A stretch of 64,000 nt of DNA, from positions 17,484,001-17,548,000 of the forward strand of contig OZ024755.1 in the NCBI GenBank assembly GCA_964016885.1, read 5' to 3'. Under the pieces are notes generated by a model. The model saw nothing but the letters and a program-made list of their open reading frames with translations. It was not told the DNA's origin and did no database searches. The DNA is from Eledone cirrhosa. Lineage: Eukaryota. Position 1 is the stretch's first letter. The number at the start of each line of letters is the position of its first letter. Positions 40,900 through 53,929 of this stretch are shown here, piece by piece. A program made the position numbers and the translations under genes.

Positions 40900-41470
40900 A
40901 CACACTCACATGCACACATATTTACACTCACACACACACAGATATATATATTTACACACTCGCACACTCACACATCTACATATATTTACACACTCACACG
41001 CACACATATTTACACTCACACACACACACAGATATATATATTTACACACTCGCACACTCACACATCTACATATATTTACACACTCACACGCACACATATT
41101 TACACTCACACACACACACAGATATATATATTTACACACTCGCACACTCACATATCTACATATATTTACACACTCACACGCACACATATTTACACTCACA
41201 CACACACACAGATATATATATTTACACACTCGCACACTCACACATCTACATATATTTACACACTCACACGCACACATATTTACACTCACACACACACACA
41301 GATATATATATTTACACACTCGCACACTCACACATCTACATATATTTACACACTCACACGCACACATATTTACACTCACACACACACAGATATATATATT
41401 TACACACTCGCACACTCACATATCTATATATATTTACACACTCACACACACACACACTCACATATCTATA
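40900..41470. repeat. 90-bp CA/TA higher-order tandem repeat
   Basis: Repeated cacagatatatatatttacacactcgcacactcacacatctacatatatttacacactcacacgcacacatatttacactcacacacaca. Confidence 0.9.
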
Positions 41471-42537
41471 TATATTTACACATACAAGCACACACGCATA
41501 TCAATATATATTTACATACACACACATATATAGATATAATATATATAACATATTCCCTTGTCATCATCATCATCACCAACAGCTGCATCGTTATTGTCAT
41601 TATACATAGTTTAAATTGATGACGATGATGATTATTATACTGAAGTAATGTGATAAAATTCTACCTCAAAATAAGAATACAACAAAAATTCATTTAAAAT
41701 GCTATCAGCTTCTCTTTTATTCTCCTGTTTTGTTACCTAACGTTGTCTATATTATCTTTTCAATAAGCTTTGTTGGTGTCTCTGTGTCCCCCAATTAGTT
41801 GTTCTTGGATTAAATTAGATTAGAAATAATTTGCATGACTTTCATAAAAATCTATATTTTCATCATAGATTTCTTAGTAGATACTTTTTTTTTTTTACTT
41901 CTCCTCATTCTACTTTTCCCCTACATAAGAATGAGTAAGACTTTCCACTGATATAAGAATGAATAAAATGCGTGGCTTAGTGGTAAAAGAATTAGATTCA
42001 CAATCATGAGGTTGTGAGTTTGATTCCCTGGTTCGAGCGATGTATTATCTCATGCCCTTGAGCATAGCAATGTATTTCACGTTACTCTTTCAGCCAGGAG
42101 TTGCAACTGGTAGATAATATCAGCAATGGAAAGACCAAACCAATGGAAATATTATTTCCTTGGTCTGATTTGATGAGTTTTATTCCCGAACAAGGTAATA
42201 TGCAAAGGGGTGCTGTAGTTTGCTTGGAATCTGGAATGAACCTTTGACAATATGTGATCCAGTCATTCAATCAATGCAACAGCCTACATATGAAATGTGT
42301 ATTAAGCATTGGTTACTATTACTAAAATACATTATGAACTGTTTGAAATGGGTCCCACATTTTTACATCTGACCTTGTCTAATCAGCTTTTCCTAGCCCT
42401 ATACTAGAACTGGAACCTGTGATATAGAGATCCAAATTCTAATTATTTACTCCAATACTTTTACACTATTTATGCTATATAGCTCTTCCTAAAAAAAAAA
42501 AAATCTTTATGATATATCAACCTTCTCCATTTTCTAG

Positions 42538-42704
42538 AAATACTTAAGGAAATGCTGTTGAAACACGAGGATCCTGAAAGTGATGCCTGTTTTCCAGAAC
42601 TGAGCACTGCTCTGGAAGACTGTGCTCATAAGATGATCATTGCAGAAGAAGAATTGAGATGTCATACACCAGTTGGCCCAGACCTGGACAACAGGATTGA
42701 CTAT
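42538..42704 (+). CDS. SYNE1: Nesprin-1-like exon H
   Basis: tctAG acceptor, TAT|GTAAGT donor, phase 1 to 0. ...ELSTALEDCAHKMIIAEEELRCHTPVGPDLDNRIDY compares with recalled human LGKALDDSRFQIQQTENIIRSKTPTGPELD. Confidence 0.9.
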
Positions 42705-42885
42705 GTAAGTAACATTCAATTTCTCCAAGGTCTTTTAACTATATTCAATCCTTTTGATTATAAACAAAACAATTTTTTAAAAGATGTGGCTACAGACTCT
42801 AAAATGATATTGGTATGAAAGGATGACAACTGCAAAGAATGTGGTATAGATATTTGGACACTTTCTACACCATGTAAATACTGTC

Positions 42886-43120
42886 TTATGTTTGACAAAA
42901 GTACCATAACTTTTGTTTGACAAAAATACCATATCCTATGTTTGACAAAATAACATGTCCTATGTTTGACAAAATAACATGTCTTATGATTGACAAGAAT
43001 ATAATCTTATGTTTGACAAAATATCATGTCCTACGTTTGATGAAAAATACTTATGTTTGACAAGAATATAATATCCTATGTTTGACCAAATACCATGTCC
43101 TGATGACTAACACAAATACC
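42886..43120 (+). repeat. About 24-bp degenerate tandem repeat
   Basis: Repeated tatgtttgacaaaataacatgtcc. Confidence 0.8.
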
Positions 43121-43448
43121 ATACCTTATATATAAAAAATTGTATATATTTTGTACTGATTATTAACATATTTGATGAGTAGTTTGAAATAGAGCCTACA
43201 TTACACATCTAGTTCAGACTTCTTATCAATTGAGATGGTACCAACATTTCACATCTAGTGTGGATCCATTGTCAGATTTACACATGTCTACTTATAGTAA
43301 TATCATAACAATCACAGTTATAGCAATTCATAAATCTGTCATTCTTTTATCATTCTCTGCTATTTATTTTAAGACAGTAAGATTTATATATCTATATATA
43401 TGTGTGTGTGTGTATTGATATAATTTTTCTTCATTTGTTTTTCTTTAG

Positions 43449-43563
43449 TTGAAGATAATGTCTGACTGTCAAACTGGTGTGGACAATGTGTCAAAAATTT
43501 ATATCCAGATTAAGACTAGGTTTCGCCTCACACCCAATTCTGCAGTTGAACAGGAGGTTACCA
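43449..43563 (+). CDS. SYNE1: Nesprin-1-like exon I
   Basis: tttAG acceptor, A|GTAAGT donor, phase 0 to 1. LKIMSDCQTGVDNVSKIYIQIKTRFRLTPNSAVEQEVT compares with recalled human MKLLGECSSSIDSVKRL. Confidence 0.85.
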
Positions 43564-43995
43564 GTAAGTATAATTATTAACTTCAAATCCCGCCGAGGTT
43601 AGCTTTGCCTTTCAACCTTACGGGGTCGATAAAATAAAGTACCAGTAATGTACTGGAGTCGATTTAATCAATTGTAGGCCAAATGCTCTAACCGTGAGCC
43701 TTCACACACATATATATCATCATCATCATCATCATCATCGTTTAACGTCCATCTTCCACGCTTGCATGGGAGCTTTCCCACTTGAGGCAAAATTTGTTGT
43801 CCTGCTCGTATAGGACTGTCTGGTCGGTTTTCTACGGCTGGATGCCCTTCCTAACACCAACCACGTTGACAGTGTGGACTGGGAGGTTTTTACCGTGTTA
43901 CCTACACGGCCACATTACAGCGTGGACTGTGTGTTTTTTTTGTCGTGACACCTACACGACCTCATTCGTTTCGGGCTGAATGTTGTGGTACCAAC

Positions 43996-44339
43996 ATCAT
44001 CATCATTTCATTTCATTTTACGTCCGCTTTTTCCCTGCTTGCAAGGGTGGGACGGAAACTGATGCTGGCTTGATTTCTACAGCTGGATGCCCTTCCTAAC
44101 ACCAACCTCATTTACAGTGAGTGCTGGGTGCTTTTTTGCCGTGGCACCTCCACAACCACTTTGCAGTGGAATGATATGGACCTCAGTCCCTATCATCTCA
44201 TTTCTACAGCTGAGTAAACTGGAGCAATGTGAAATAAAGTGTCTTGCTCAAGGAAACAACACATCACCCAGTCTGAGAATTGAACTCACAACCTTTTGAT
44301 TGCAAGTCCAATGCTCTAACCACTAAGCCATGTGCCTCC
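43996..44339 (-). mobile_element. tRNA-derived SINE (same family as 1674-2028)
   Basis: Near-identical reverse-complement copy. Confidence 0.88.
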
Positions 44340-44351
44340 ATATATATAATA

Positions 44352-44785
44352 ATAATGGTTTCTTATATAGGCACAAGGCCAGTAATTTGGGGGGAGGGGA
44401 AAGTCGATTAAATCGACCCCAGTGCGTGACTGGTACTTTATTTTATCGACCCCATAAGGGTGAAAGGCAAAGTTAACCTCGGCGGGATTTGAACTCAGAC
44501 CATAAAGGGCCATAACTCTATGCTGTAAAGCATGGCATCCGACCCTCTACTGATACTGCCAATACACCGCCCTAATAATAATAATAATAATAATAATAAT
44601 TGTTTCTACTATTGGGACAAGGCCAGCAATTACCCATTACATTACTGGTACTTCATTTTATCGACCCCGTAAGGATGAAAAGCAAAGTTAACCTCGGCGG
44701 GATTGGAACTCAGAATGGCAAGGGCCGTAACTTTTATGCGTAAAAGCAAGGCGTCCGACCCTCTACCGATACTGCCAATTCACCA

Positions 44786-44790
<5 letters not shown>
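44352..44790 (-). mobile_element. Two tandem full-length Meta/MESC-like SINEs
   Basis: tRNA-like head (ggcggtg..ttggcagtatcggtagagggtcggac), Meta-like core and (ATT)n tails. Confidence 0.8.
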
Positions 44791-44824
<34 letters not shown>

Positions 44825-45180
44825 GAAAGACAGTCCTTTAGTCAATCCCAATTTATTTTATTATACAAATTGAGATGGTCTAAAGTAACTGTCTTTCGTT
44901 TCCCGCCGAGGTTAACTTTGCTTTTCATCCTTACGGGGTCGATAAAATAAAGTACCAGTAATGCACTGGGTATGTGCTTGCCTTGTGCCAAACGTAGAAA
45001 CAATTATTATTATAATAAAACTCCCGTTATACATATACCATTGAGTGTTTGACATATGTTACATAAAAGTCAGCTGATTGTAAATCTACTAACTCTTTTT
45101 CATTGAACAAATATTTATATATATATTCACACATATCATGAATTCTGTGAGATAAATTTTCTGTTTTCATTGCATTGCAG

Positions 45181-45386
45181 ATGTATCTGACCGCTGGAAT
45201 AGACTTAAAAGTCATATCATTGAAAAGAACCTGAAACTACAGGACAACCGCAAAGATTGGTCACAGTTCAAAATTGATTTGAACAACATACTCACTTGGC
45301 TGGAGAACTCTGAAACATGGCTTGACTCAGTCAATACAAAAGATGTTTGCATTAAAGACCATGGACAAATCTACAAAAGACTGAAG
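45181..45386 (+). CDS. SYNE1: Nesprin-1-like exon J
   Basis: tgcAG acceptor, AAG|GTAAG donor, phase 1 to 0. VSDRWNRLKSHIIEKNLKLQDNRKDWSQFKIDLNNILTWLENSE compares with recalled human VIDRWELL...QKWQQFNSDLNSIWAWLGDTE. Confidence 0.92.
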
Positions 45387-45534
45387 GTAAGATATATTTA
45401 ACTTGGGAGTAGTTGATTATAGAATGAAAGGTGAAAGAGCAACCATATATATGATTAATGAAAATTCAACTAGGAATCTGCTAAATTTATATATATCCAT
45501 GATCAATACTTAATCATAGAACAGATGAATTGCT

Positions 45535-45579
<45 letters not shown>

Positions 45580-45841
45580 ATAATGAAAAATGTGAAGACT
45601 AAAATCCAAAGAGGGTTTGATAAGGATTATATATATATATATATATATATATAAAAACCACAGAGCAAATTTTTATTAAAATTTAAGCAAAGAATCGCTG
45701 CTTAAACTTTAATCTGTTATTTTAATATATTTTAAGTGTGTGTGTGTGTATGCAAAAAGTAAAGGGAAATAACAAAGCAAACGACACAGTACAATGAAGA
45801 AATATATTATTAGTTTTACGGTTGATATAGTAGAAAAAGAG

Positions 45842-45877
45842 TTTTAACGTTTCGGACACTAGTCCTTCATCAGAAAA
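45842..45877 (-). ncRNA. Minimal type-I hammerhead ribozyme motif
   Basis: Minus strand UUUU-CUGAUGA-a-GGAC(UAGU)GUCC-GAAA-CG-UU-AAAA: stem I, stem II, palindromic AACGUU stem III, GUU cleavage triplet. Confidence 0.72.
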
Positions 45878-46427
45878 TAGAATGAGAAATTAAAAAAGAA
45901 ATAGAAAGATTACCACATTGTATCTCACTTTCTAATGACTCTGCCATGTTGCTGCCTCAATACGGTAATTATTGAATTGTAAACAAATTTTACTCCATTA
46001 AGTTATGTGAATATATAAATTTGTAGAGCCATTCAACCCAAGCTGTGAAATGATTTCAAGATAAACATTGAAATTGTATTCAAATTTAAATATTTAGTCG
46101 AATCAATGAAGTGTGATAAAAAACAATCTCTGTTGAATCCTTCCTAAAAACTAAACTTCTAGTAGTATTATTAATTAATTATTCTAGAACCTTCCTTCAT
46201 CTCGCCCTACTAACCTTGTAAACATTTTGCTCCTTCTCTCGTACCCCCCCCTCCTCATCCGCTCACAAGTATAAAATAAACTTGGCTGGGTTCCAAGAAC
46301 AGAATTTATCTATCTAATCTATCTTACCTGTAGTCCATTCAATGAGCAGTGTTTGAAACTTATATTTATGCCAGTCTAAAATTCAAATTCTCCGTTTTTC
46401 TCTTGGATTTTCAATTAATATAGATAC

Positions 46428-46462
<35 letters not shown>

Positions 46463-46525
46463 CATATATATTTATATAAATGAAAAGTATAGAAATTATT
46501 GTAGCAAGAAGCCAACAGTATTCCA

Positions 46526-46677
<152 letters not shown>

Positions 46678-46691
46678 AATATATATATATA

Positions 46692-46727
<36 letters not shown>

Positions 46728-46787
46728 TATATATATATATTTATATATATATTTATATATATTTATATATATATTTATATATATATT

Positions 46788-46820
<33 letters not shown>

Positions 46821-46876
46821 AAATATATATATATAATATGTACTATAATACGTGATATAAATTCTTTTTACTCCAG

Positions 46877-47206
46877 ACTCTCCGGACTGAATTAACAGCC
46901 AAACAAACCATTAGAGATTCTTTGAATTTGACAGGAAGTATTTATAGTGTTGGAACATTGGAAGGAAATAGGGAAGTCCAACACAATATTGATATTATGG
47001 ACAAGAGGTGGGAAAGTGTGAATAGCAAATGTGAAAACTTACAACTTCATTTGAATGGAGTTATATCTGATTCTGATAACTTTGTTGAAGAAGTGAAATC
47101 TCTTTCCACTTGGATACGCTATATTGAGAGTCAACTAGGACAATGTAGAACTCATACAATTGATATTGATCATGCAGGTATTCCAGAAAAGTATTCAAAA
47201 TTAAAG
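46877..47206 (+). CDS. SYNE1: Nesprin-1-like exon K
   Basis: tccAG acceptor, AAG|GTAAGT donor, 330 nt, phase 0 to 0. [18 protein letters not shown]...[20 protein letters not shown]...[12 protein letters not shown]...YSKLK, a spectrin repeat. Confidence 0.9.
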
Positions 47207-49398
47207 GTAAGTCTTAAGTCTTTATCATTCACAATGTGTGATGCATTTTAATACCAACCTGACTAAAACTTGCTCTGGTTCTATGAAACAAAATTACCAG
47301 ATTTAAAAGGTTCCTATTTAAATTAAAATCTTCCAACATAATTTTATATAAGAACCATATGTTAATTCCAATCCAATCTAGCACTTTCTCCCTCCTGTTG
47401 AAGGAAACCTTCCCTAGTTGACCTCCATTGCTTTCTGTTTGGTTTTGGTCATGTCAGGGGTGTAGCTGTACTCACCATACTTGGCCAAATGTCGGTTGGT
47501 AAGGATATTCAACCTATAGTTAGGGTGGATGGCTGTTGACTTTGAGGAGTTTATCTGCCCTTTTTACAACTCTTTTGTGCTGCTGAGGTTCCACTTACCC
47601 TCCTCGCCATACACTATACAATGGTCTGGTGGAGAAGCTGGTTTAGTTGCCAATCACTCGACCATGAAGCAAGTTGCACTGGGTTTCATGGTACAAGTAG
47701 CATGTAGTATCTTAGTAATGAAACAATATTTTTATTTTAGAAATTTGACCTGTAACTCCATAGGGGTGCCATATTGTGATACAATATTTTAAAAAAATGG
47801 AGCCCATTTCCTCTCCAGGTCTGAATACAATAGATTTCTTCCAGAGAAGTCTAGAGAGTCAGAGAATGAAAGTGAGAAAGAGATATAGAAGAAGAATCAC
47901 CACCAGTACTAGACTGATACTTTTTTTATCAACTTTGAATGGATGCAAAGCCAAGTTGACCTCAGAGAGATTTGAACTCAGAGAATAGAGAGTCGAAATT
48001 AATACCACAAAATACTCTATCTTACATTCTAATGACTCTGCCTATTCACCTCCTATAAATCTGTATAGAAACCAACTAATAAAACCTTGGTATTCCATGA
48101 CATTGTCCGCAACTGTTTAGAAGATATTATCCCTTTTGTGATCATATGTGTTTCGATTAATTTTGAAAATTATCACGAATTTGGAAGATTTAGTAAAATA
48201 GATAACTTTGTTCAAGATTAAATTGTTGTTTGGAACAGAATTAAACAAAAGATTCTTACATAAAATTTATGATGGACGGTTTTAATTTAAATATGAACAT
48301 TTTACAATGAGAGGACAAGAAGGTTTATGTTATTGAACTAAACACAGTCTGAGGTGGGGTGACACAAAAAGGGTTAATGATGATTAATTAATAGTTCAAT
48401 TCATACTTTGACAAATAATATTAATAATAATAGAAATAATACGTTCAGTAATGCAGTGATGACACGCAACAAAAATAAGATTAAATAACAATAATAATAG
48501 TAGTAGTAGTAGTAATAATAATAGTAATAATGATGATGATGATGATGATGATAATAATAATATGTTGATTGAGTGATGTGTTCTATCAGACTGTTGAAAA
48601 TAAATTAAAAGAAAAGAGGCCTATAAATATCTTTAGTGAAGATTTATGACAAATGGAATCGGTTAATGAAAAATAACAAGAACAAGATAAAAAAGAAAAA
48701 AAACTAAAGATATTTCTGCATGGTTTAAAAACTAAATATTATCTGCTTTTGAAATTTTGGCTGTTTTTTTTTATATATATTTATTTATTTGTTTATTTTA
48801 ATTTTTTGTTTTTTTAATTTCTTATTTATTTATTATTTACTTTTTAACTGGCATCATGTTACAATTCAACTTGTACATTTGAATGTAATGTAAATTACCT
48901 CCCAAGATCTGAAAATCTTTTTAAGAGATGTTATTTAACGCCAGTTCTAATGTTAAGCAAGCATTGCTTGCAGGTAATGGCATAGTGGTTAAGAACTTTG
49001 CATCACAACCAAACACTTCTAGATTCAATGATGCTACTGAGTAGTACCTTCAGCAAGTTTCTTTTAGTTATCGCTTTGGGTTAACTAATGTGAGTAATAT
49101 TTGGTGAGCAGAAACCGTTTGGAAGCCCATCATAAAACAGATGTCAAAAATAACAAGGATAATACATGGTGAGAGCAAACCTCAGATCGCTGAGGCTCAC
49201 GGAGGAGATGACAAGAGACCGTGACAAATGGAGAGACGCTGTTCTGAAAGGACCCGTCCCACCCTTGCAAGCTAGGAAAAGCAGACGTAAAAAGCAGACG
49301 TAAATGATTTCTGGAGTAAATATTCAATGATATTAAATAAATGGAAACTATATTTATAAAATATGGTTTTATAAATATAATTTCCATTTATTTAATAT

Positions 49399-49440
<42 letters not shown>

Positions 49441-49662
49441 TTATATCATCATCATCATTATCATTTTACATCCACTTTTCCTTGCTTGCAAGAGTGGGAC
49501 GGGTCCTTTTCAGAACAGAGTGGTGATGGATGGGGTCAAATCCTGTTCATCATCATCATTTTATACTTTATATATACGCAAGCAATAATGATGATGATAA
49601 TGGATGTGTTGGTGGTGGTGCTGTTGCTGAAAGTGGTGATGGTGGTGGTGATGGTGAATGGT

Positions 49663-49720
<58 letters not shown>

Positions 49721-50129
49721 ATCATGCTAGCATGGAAGATAGACGTTAATCAATGATGATGATATATAGATACACACACATACACACACAGTAAATTAAG
49801 TTTTTTTATTTTAATTTGTATTCATCTTTGGATCCTTGCTGGTAGGACTTCACATTTCATTGTGTAACATAAACCTTTGGGAATCCTATTTTGGTAACAG
49901 AGTTCAGGGCATAGTTCTCAAATTGAATTCTATCAAGATCAACTTTCCAATCATCAAAACTAATTATTGATGACATAGGGAAATAAACAGTTTCAATGCT
50001 ATAGATCACCCTTAACACCAGAAGGCTGAAAGTTTAACATTCTTAGAACCATATTTCTATTGAAACATGCTGTGTTTCAAATAATTTTTGAAAATAATTA
50101 AGAATTTAAAGAGATTTAGTAATAGTTAA

Positions 50130-50329
50130 CCCCTTAATGTTCAAACCGGCCAGAATTCTCTACCTCTTTCTGCTGAAACTGGCTGCTCATATTGATGTTA
50201 AGGTATTGTTCTCAAAATAAATACTTCCAAAATCTCATAGATTCGATATTATGTGAGATAATTATGTGAGGTAAAGCCTTTACCAGGAAAATATAATAGT
50301 ATATATAGAGTAATGTGAATGCTAAAGGG
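50130..50329. mobile_element. TTAA-type MITE (reverse copy)
   Basis: TTAA flanks and the same internal sequence as 26701-26921. Confidence 0.8.
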
Positions 50330-50863
50330 TTAAGAGTTAATAATTGTTTCTACTTTTGGCACAAGGCCAGCAATTACCCAGTACATTACTGGTACTTTAT
50401 TTTATCGACCCCGAAAGGATGAAAGGCAAAGTTAACCTCGGCGGGATTTGAACTCAGTCCGTAAAGGGACGTAACTATACTGGAAAGCATGGCGTCCGAC
50501 TCTCTACCGATACTGCCAATCCACTGCCCTAAGAGTTAATAATGAAAATGGTTTATTGTATATTACTAAATCTCTCCGAAGTTAGCTTTATTTTTCATCC
50601 TTACGGAATCAATAAAATAAAGTACCAGTAATGCACTGAGGCCAATTTATTCAACTTTCGCCTCCCACAAAATTGATGGCCTTGTGCCAAAAGTAGAACC
50701 AATTATTAACTCTTAACATTTTGCACCACAGTGGAAATTATCCTGAAACCATGTGGCTGCTTTGCAAATTTCTTAACCACACAACCATCCTTGCATTTAT
50801 ATTTCATATATCAAACATTTTGGACACAGTTGGGTTATAAATTTATACTTTCATTCCTTTCAG

Positions 50864-51076
50864 ATGCTAAAATCAGAAATTGAGAAAAAGCAACCTTATA
50901 TTAATTCATTGAAGGACATATCTATGCATACATCCTTTGATAATAAGGATCCTGTTAAATCTAAAGCAAAGGACGATATCCATATCACATCAGCCCTTGC
51001 TTATGCTCTATTGAACCAGATCTCTACAAGCATGTCTATACTTGAATCAAGGACCGACTTCAACAAGAAGATACTG
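50864..51076 (+). CDS. SYNE1: Nesprin-1-like exon L (end of last spectrin repeat)
   Basis: ttcAG acceptor, CTG|GTAAGT donor, 213 nt, phase 0 to 0. MLKSEIEKKQPYINSLKDIS...AKDDIHIT...LLNQISTSMSILE compares with recalled human IKHELLESQLRVASLQDMS...AKEKVHVI...LLKEVSRHIKELE. Confidence 0.87.
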
Positions 51077-52016
51077 GTAAGTAAGAGATATGTACTTGTA
51101 CATGGTAGATATTATCAAAAATGTTCAGTTTTAAAGCTTATGATGTATACATGTGACCATATCTATGTTACATCATGGGCCAGGACTGATTTTTGCCTCC
51201 TACTAGTTTGCTGCTGTTTTTTTGTTGGGGGGGGGGGGCTCTGTTTTGTTTTTATTGGGAGACGGTAGACCCTGGTTAGCTCTAACAGTGGTTATTTTAA
51301 CCTGCAGTTGACCCCTGCATGTGGTGTTGTGCTAAATCTAATTTTGTGCTGTAAGTTTACATTTAGTGTTGAATACTGCATAAGCCTACATGGTAAAAAT
51401 AGCCATTACAAATGTGAGGGAACAGAAGTGAGGAAGAGACACAGAGGAAGCATCAGCCCCAGTACATGACTGGTACTTTTTTATTGACCTAGAATGGATG
51501 AAAGGCAAATTTGACCTGAGCAAGATTTGGACTCAGTGAGCAGAGAGCTGAAATGAATGCCGCTAAACATTCTATGCGACATTCTAATAGTTCTGCCAAT
51601 TTGCCACCTTAAGTACTGTTGGAGGCCCTGAAAATCATCATGGCTACAACTTTTCCTCCTTTGTCTATATTCTGTAAAAAGAAAATTATTTTGAAATAAT
51701 GGACATTGCTGGTATATAAAAGAAATAATATATAAGTACTTTTATTTAGCCATCTTTATGTTTGGCTTGGTATTTTAACCTCTTCAGTGCCGTAGACGAG
51801 ATAACTCGTCCTAACATGTCTGCATTCAAGTGCCACAGATGAGATAATTCATCCTAGCATGTTAGAACTATTTTCTAGCAGTCCATAACTTCGAAGCTAG
51901 ATGGGGTTACTAGTTTATTGATGTGACATTTGTCAATCATTCAGATATGTGTTGTTAATACATATTTGTTTTAAAAAATAGTCATTTTACTGAAAATAAA
52001 CCCAGCACAGCAACTG

Positions 52017-52345
52017 TCATCATCATCATCATCATCAACGTTTAACGTCCGTGTTCCACGCTTGCATGGGTTTGGACGGGGGTAGTCCCACTTGAGGCAA
52101 GAGTGATTGTCTTGCTCGCATAGGACTGTCTGGCAGGTTTTCTACAGTTGGATGCCCTTCCTAACACCAACCACATTTACAGTGTGGGTCTGGGAGGTTT
52201 TTACCGTGTTGCCTACACGGCCACATTACAGCGTGGACTGTGTGTTTTTTTGTCGTGACACCTACACGATCTCGTTTGTTTCGGCCTGGATGGTGTGGCA
52301 CCAACATAACTTTACATAGAACGGGGTGGGGGTGGTGGGACGGGG
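52017..52345 (-). mobile_element. RTE-tail retroposon fragment (family of 322-623)
   Basis: Near-identical to 280-623 in reverse orientation. Confidence 0.8.
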
Positions 52346-52892
52346 GGGGGGGTAGCTGTGTAAAATATATATGGCAGTCAACAGGTTAACATCTGTTTGT
52401 GGGCTCCAGAAGGAGAATTGTGTACTTTAAAATAGACAAAAAGGCATTTAACAACAGTTACTACTACTACTTCTACTATTGCTACTACTACTACTACTTT
52501 TACTACTAGTACTACTACTACTTCTACCACTTCTACTACTACCACTACATTTTCCTTTGTACATGAAATTCTTCATATCTTGTGACATATTGTTTACAAG
52601 TTTATTCTAAAAATTCAATGTGTGTGTATATACGCATATATATTTATATATATATATGTGTGTGTGTGTGTTATATATATATATATATATGTGTATGTGT
52701 GTAATATATATATATATATGTGTGTGTGTAATATATATATATATATATATGTGTGTGTGTAATATATATATATATGTGTGTGTATAATATACATATATAT
52801 ATGTATGTGTGTGCAATATATATATGTGTGTGTGTGTGTGTAATATATATATATATATGTGTGTGTGTAATATATATATATGTGTGTGTGTG

Positions 52893-52946
<54 letters not shown>

Positions 52947-52947
52947 A

Positions 52948-52987
<40 letters not shown>

Positions 52988-52988
52988 A

Positions 52989-53024
<36 letters not shown>

Positions 53025-53304
53025 ATAATATACATATATATATATATGTGTGTGTGTGTGTATAATATACATATATATATAAGTGTGTGCAATATATATA
53101 TGTGTGTGTGTGCAATATTTTGAAATTTGAAATTCGTTTTTTTCTCCTTTCTATCTTCTCTTCGTGACAAAAGAAGAACCAAAGCAATAAGTACTTTCCA
53201 ATGACCACCTTAAATTTCACAAGTAGTTCATTGCTATTGAGATTTCTCTCATTTCTGAAACTATTCACTTCTCTACCTACTTGCTATTATATATTTCCTT
53301 TCAG

Positions 53305-53367
53305 TCACAGCAGTATAATGAAAGCCGAGAAAGAACTATTTTATCTCCATTTGGTAGAATCAGAAAG
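53305..53367 (+). CDS. Probable small exon M (post-spectrin linker)
   Basis: ttcctttcAG acceptor, AAG|GTTAG donor, 63 nt open in phase 0 (SQQYNESRERTILSPFGRIRK). Support is splice signals and phase only. Confidence 0.5.
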
Positions 53368-53483
53368 GTTAGCATAAGATGATAATTCTTAAATTATATT
53401 TGACTATTTTATTATCGATATTACTATTACTATTATTTCTGCTACCATTACTGTGACTATTTTTGTTGTTGTTATTATTATTA

Positions 53484-53546
<63 letters not shown>

Positions 53547-53583
53547 TGCTACCATTTTCATTGTTATTATTATTATTTTAAAC

Positions 53584-53929
53584 TCTTCCCAGCATTTTGT
53601 TGAAAGATGGGTGAGAGAAGCAAGAATGGCCCGAGTGAATGGGCCGACTCTGAGTATATATCTGTAAACTAAAGGTGGAAAACTGGGAGAGGGCACTTGC
53701 CTTGGTGGTCAGGGTCATTGTGGCTTTTTACTGGGCTTTCTCCACAAATGTCCCTCCGAAGTCTCCCCCCTATTGGGGAATTTTTCATTGTTATTTTCAT
53801 TGTTATTTTTGTTACATCCTCTGTTTTTGTTTTTTTACACGCAGAAATGCCCATTTGTACCGTCCTGCATTGTCCTGCACTGTCCTTAATGTCTACTTTA
53901 TGTAAACCCTTGTGGTTAATAAAGAAATC
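53584..53929 (+). mobile_element. 5'-truncated LINE 3' end (Tx1/L1-like), 18-bp TSD
   Basis: ORF end FVERWVREARMARVNGPTLSIYL*, then 3' UTR and AATAAA. TSD ATTATTATTATTTTAAAC at 53566-53583 and 53930-53947. Confidence 0.75.

Noticed and set aside
46040-46140. Possible GIY-YIG C-terminal remnant (YLVESM...SLLN)
   Set aside because: Too degenerate to support without a profile search.
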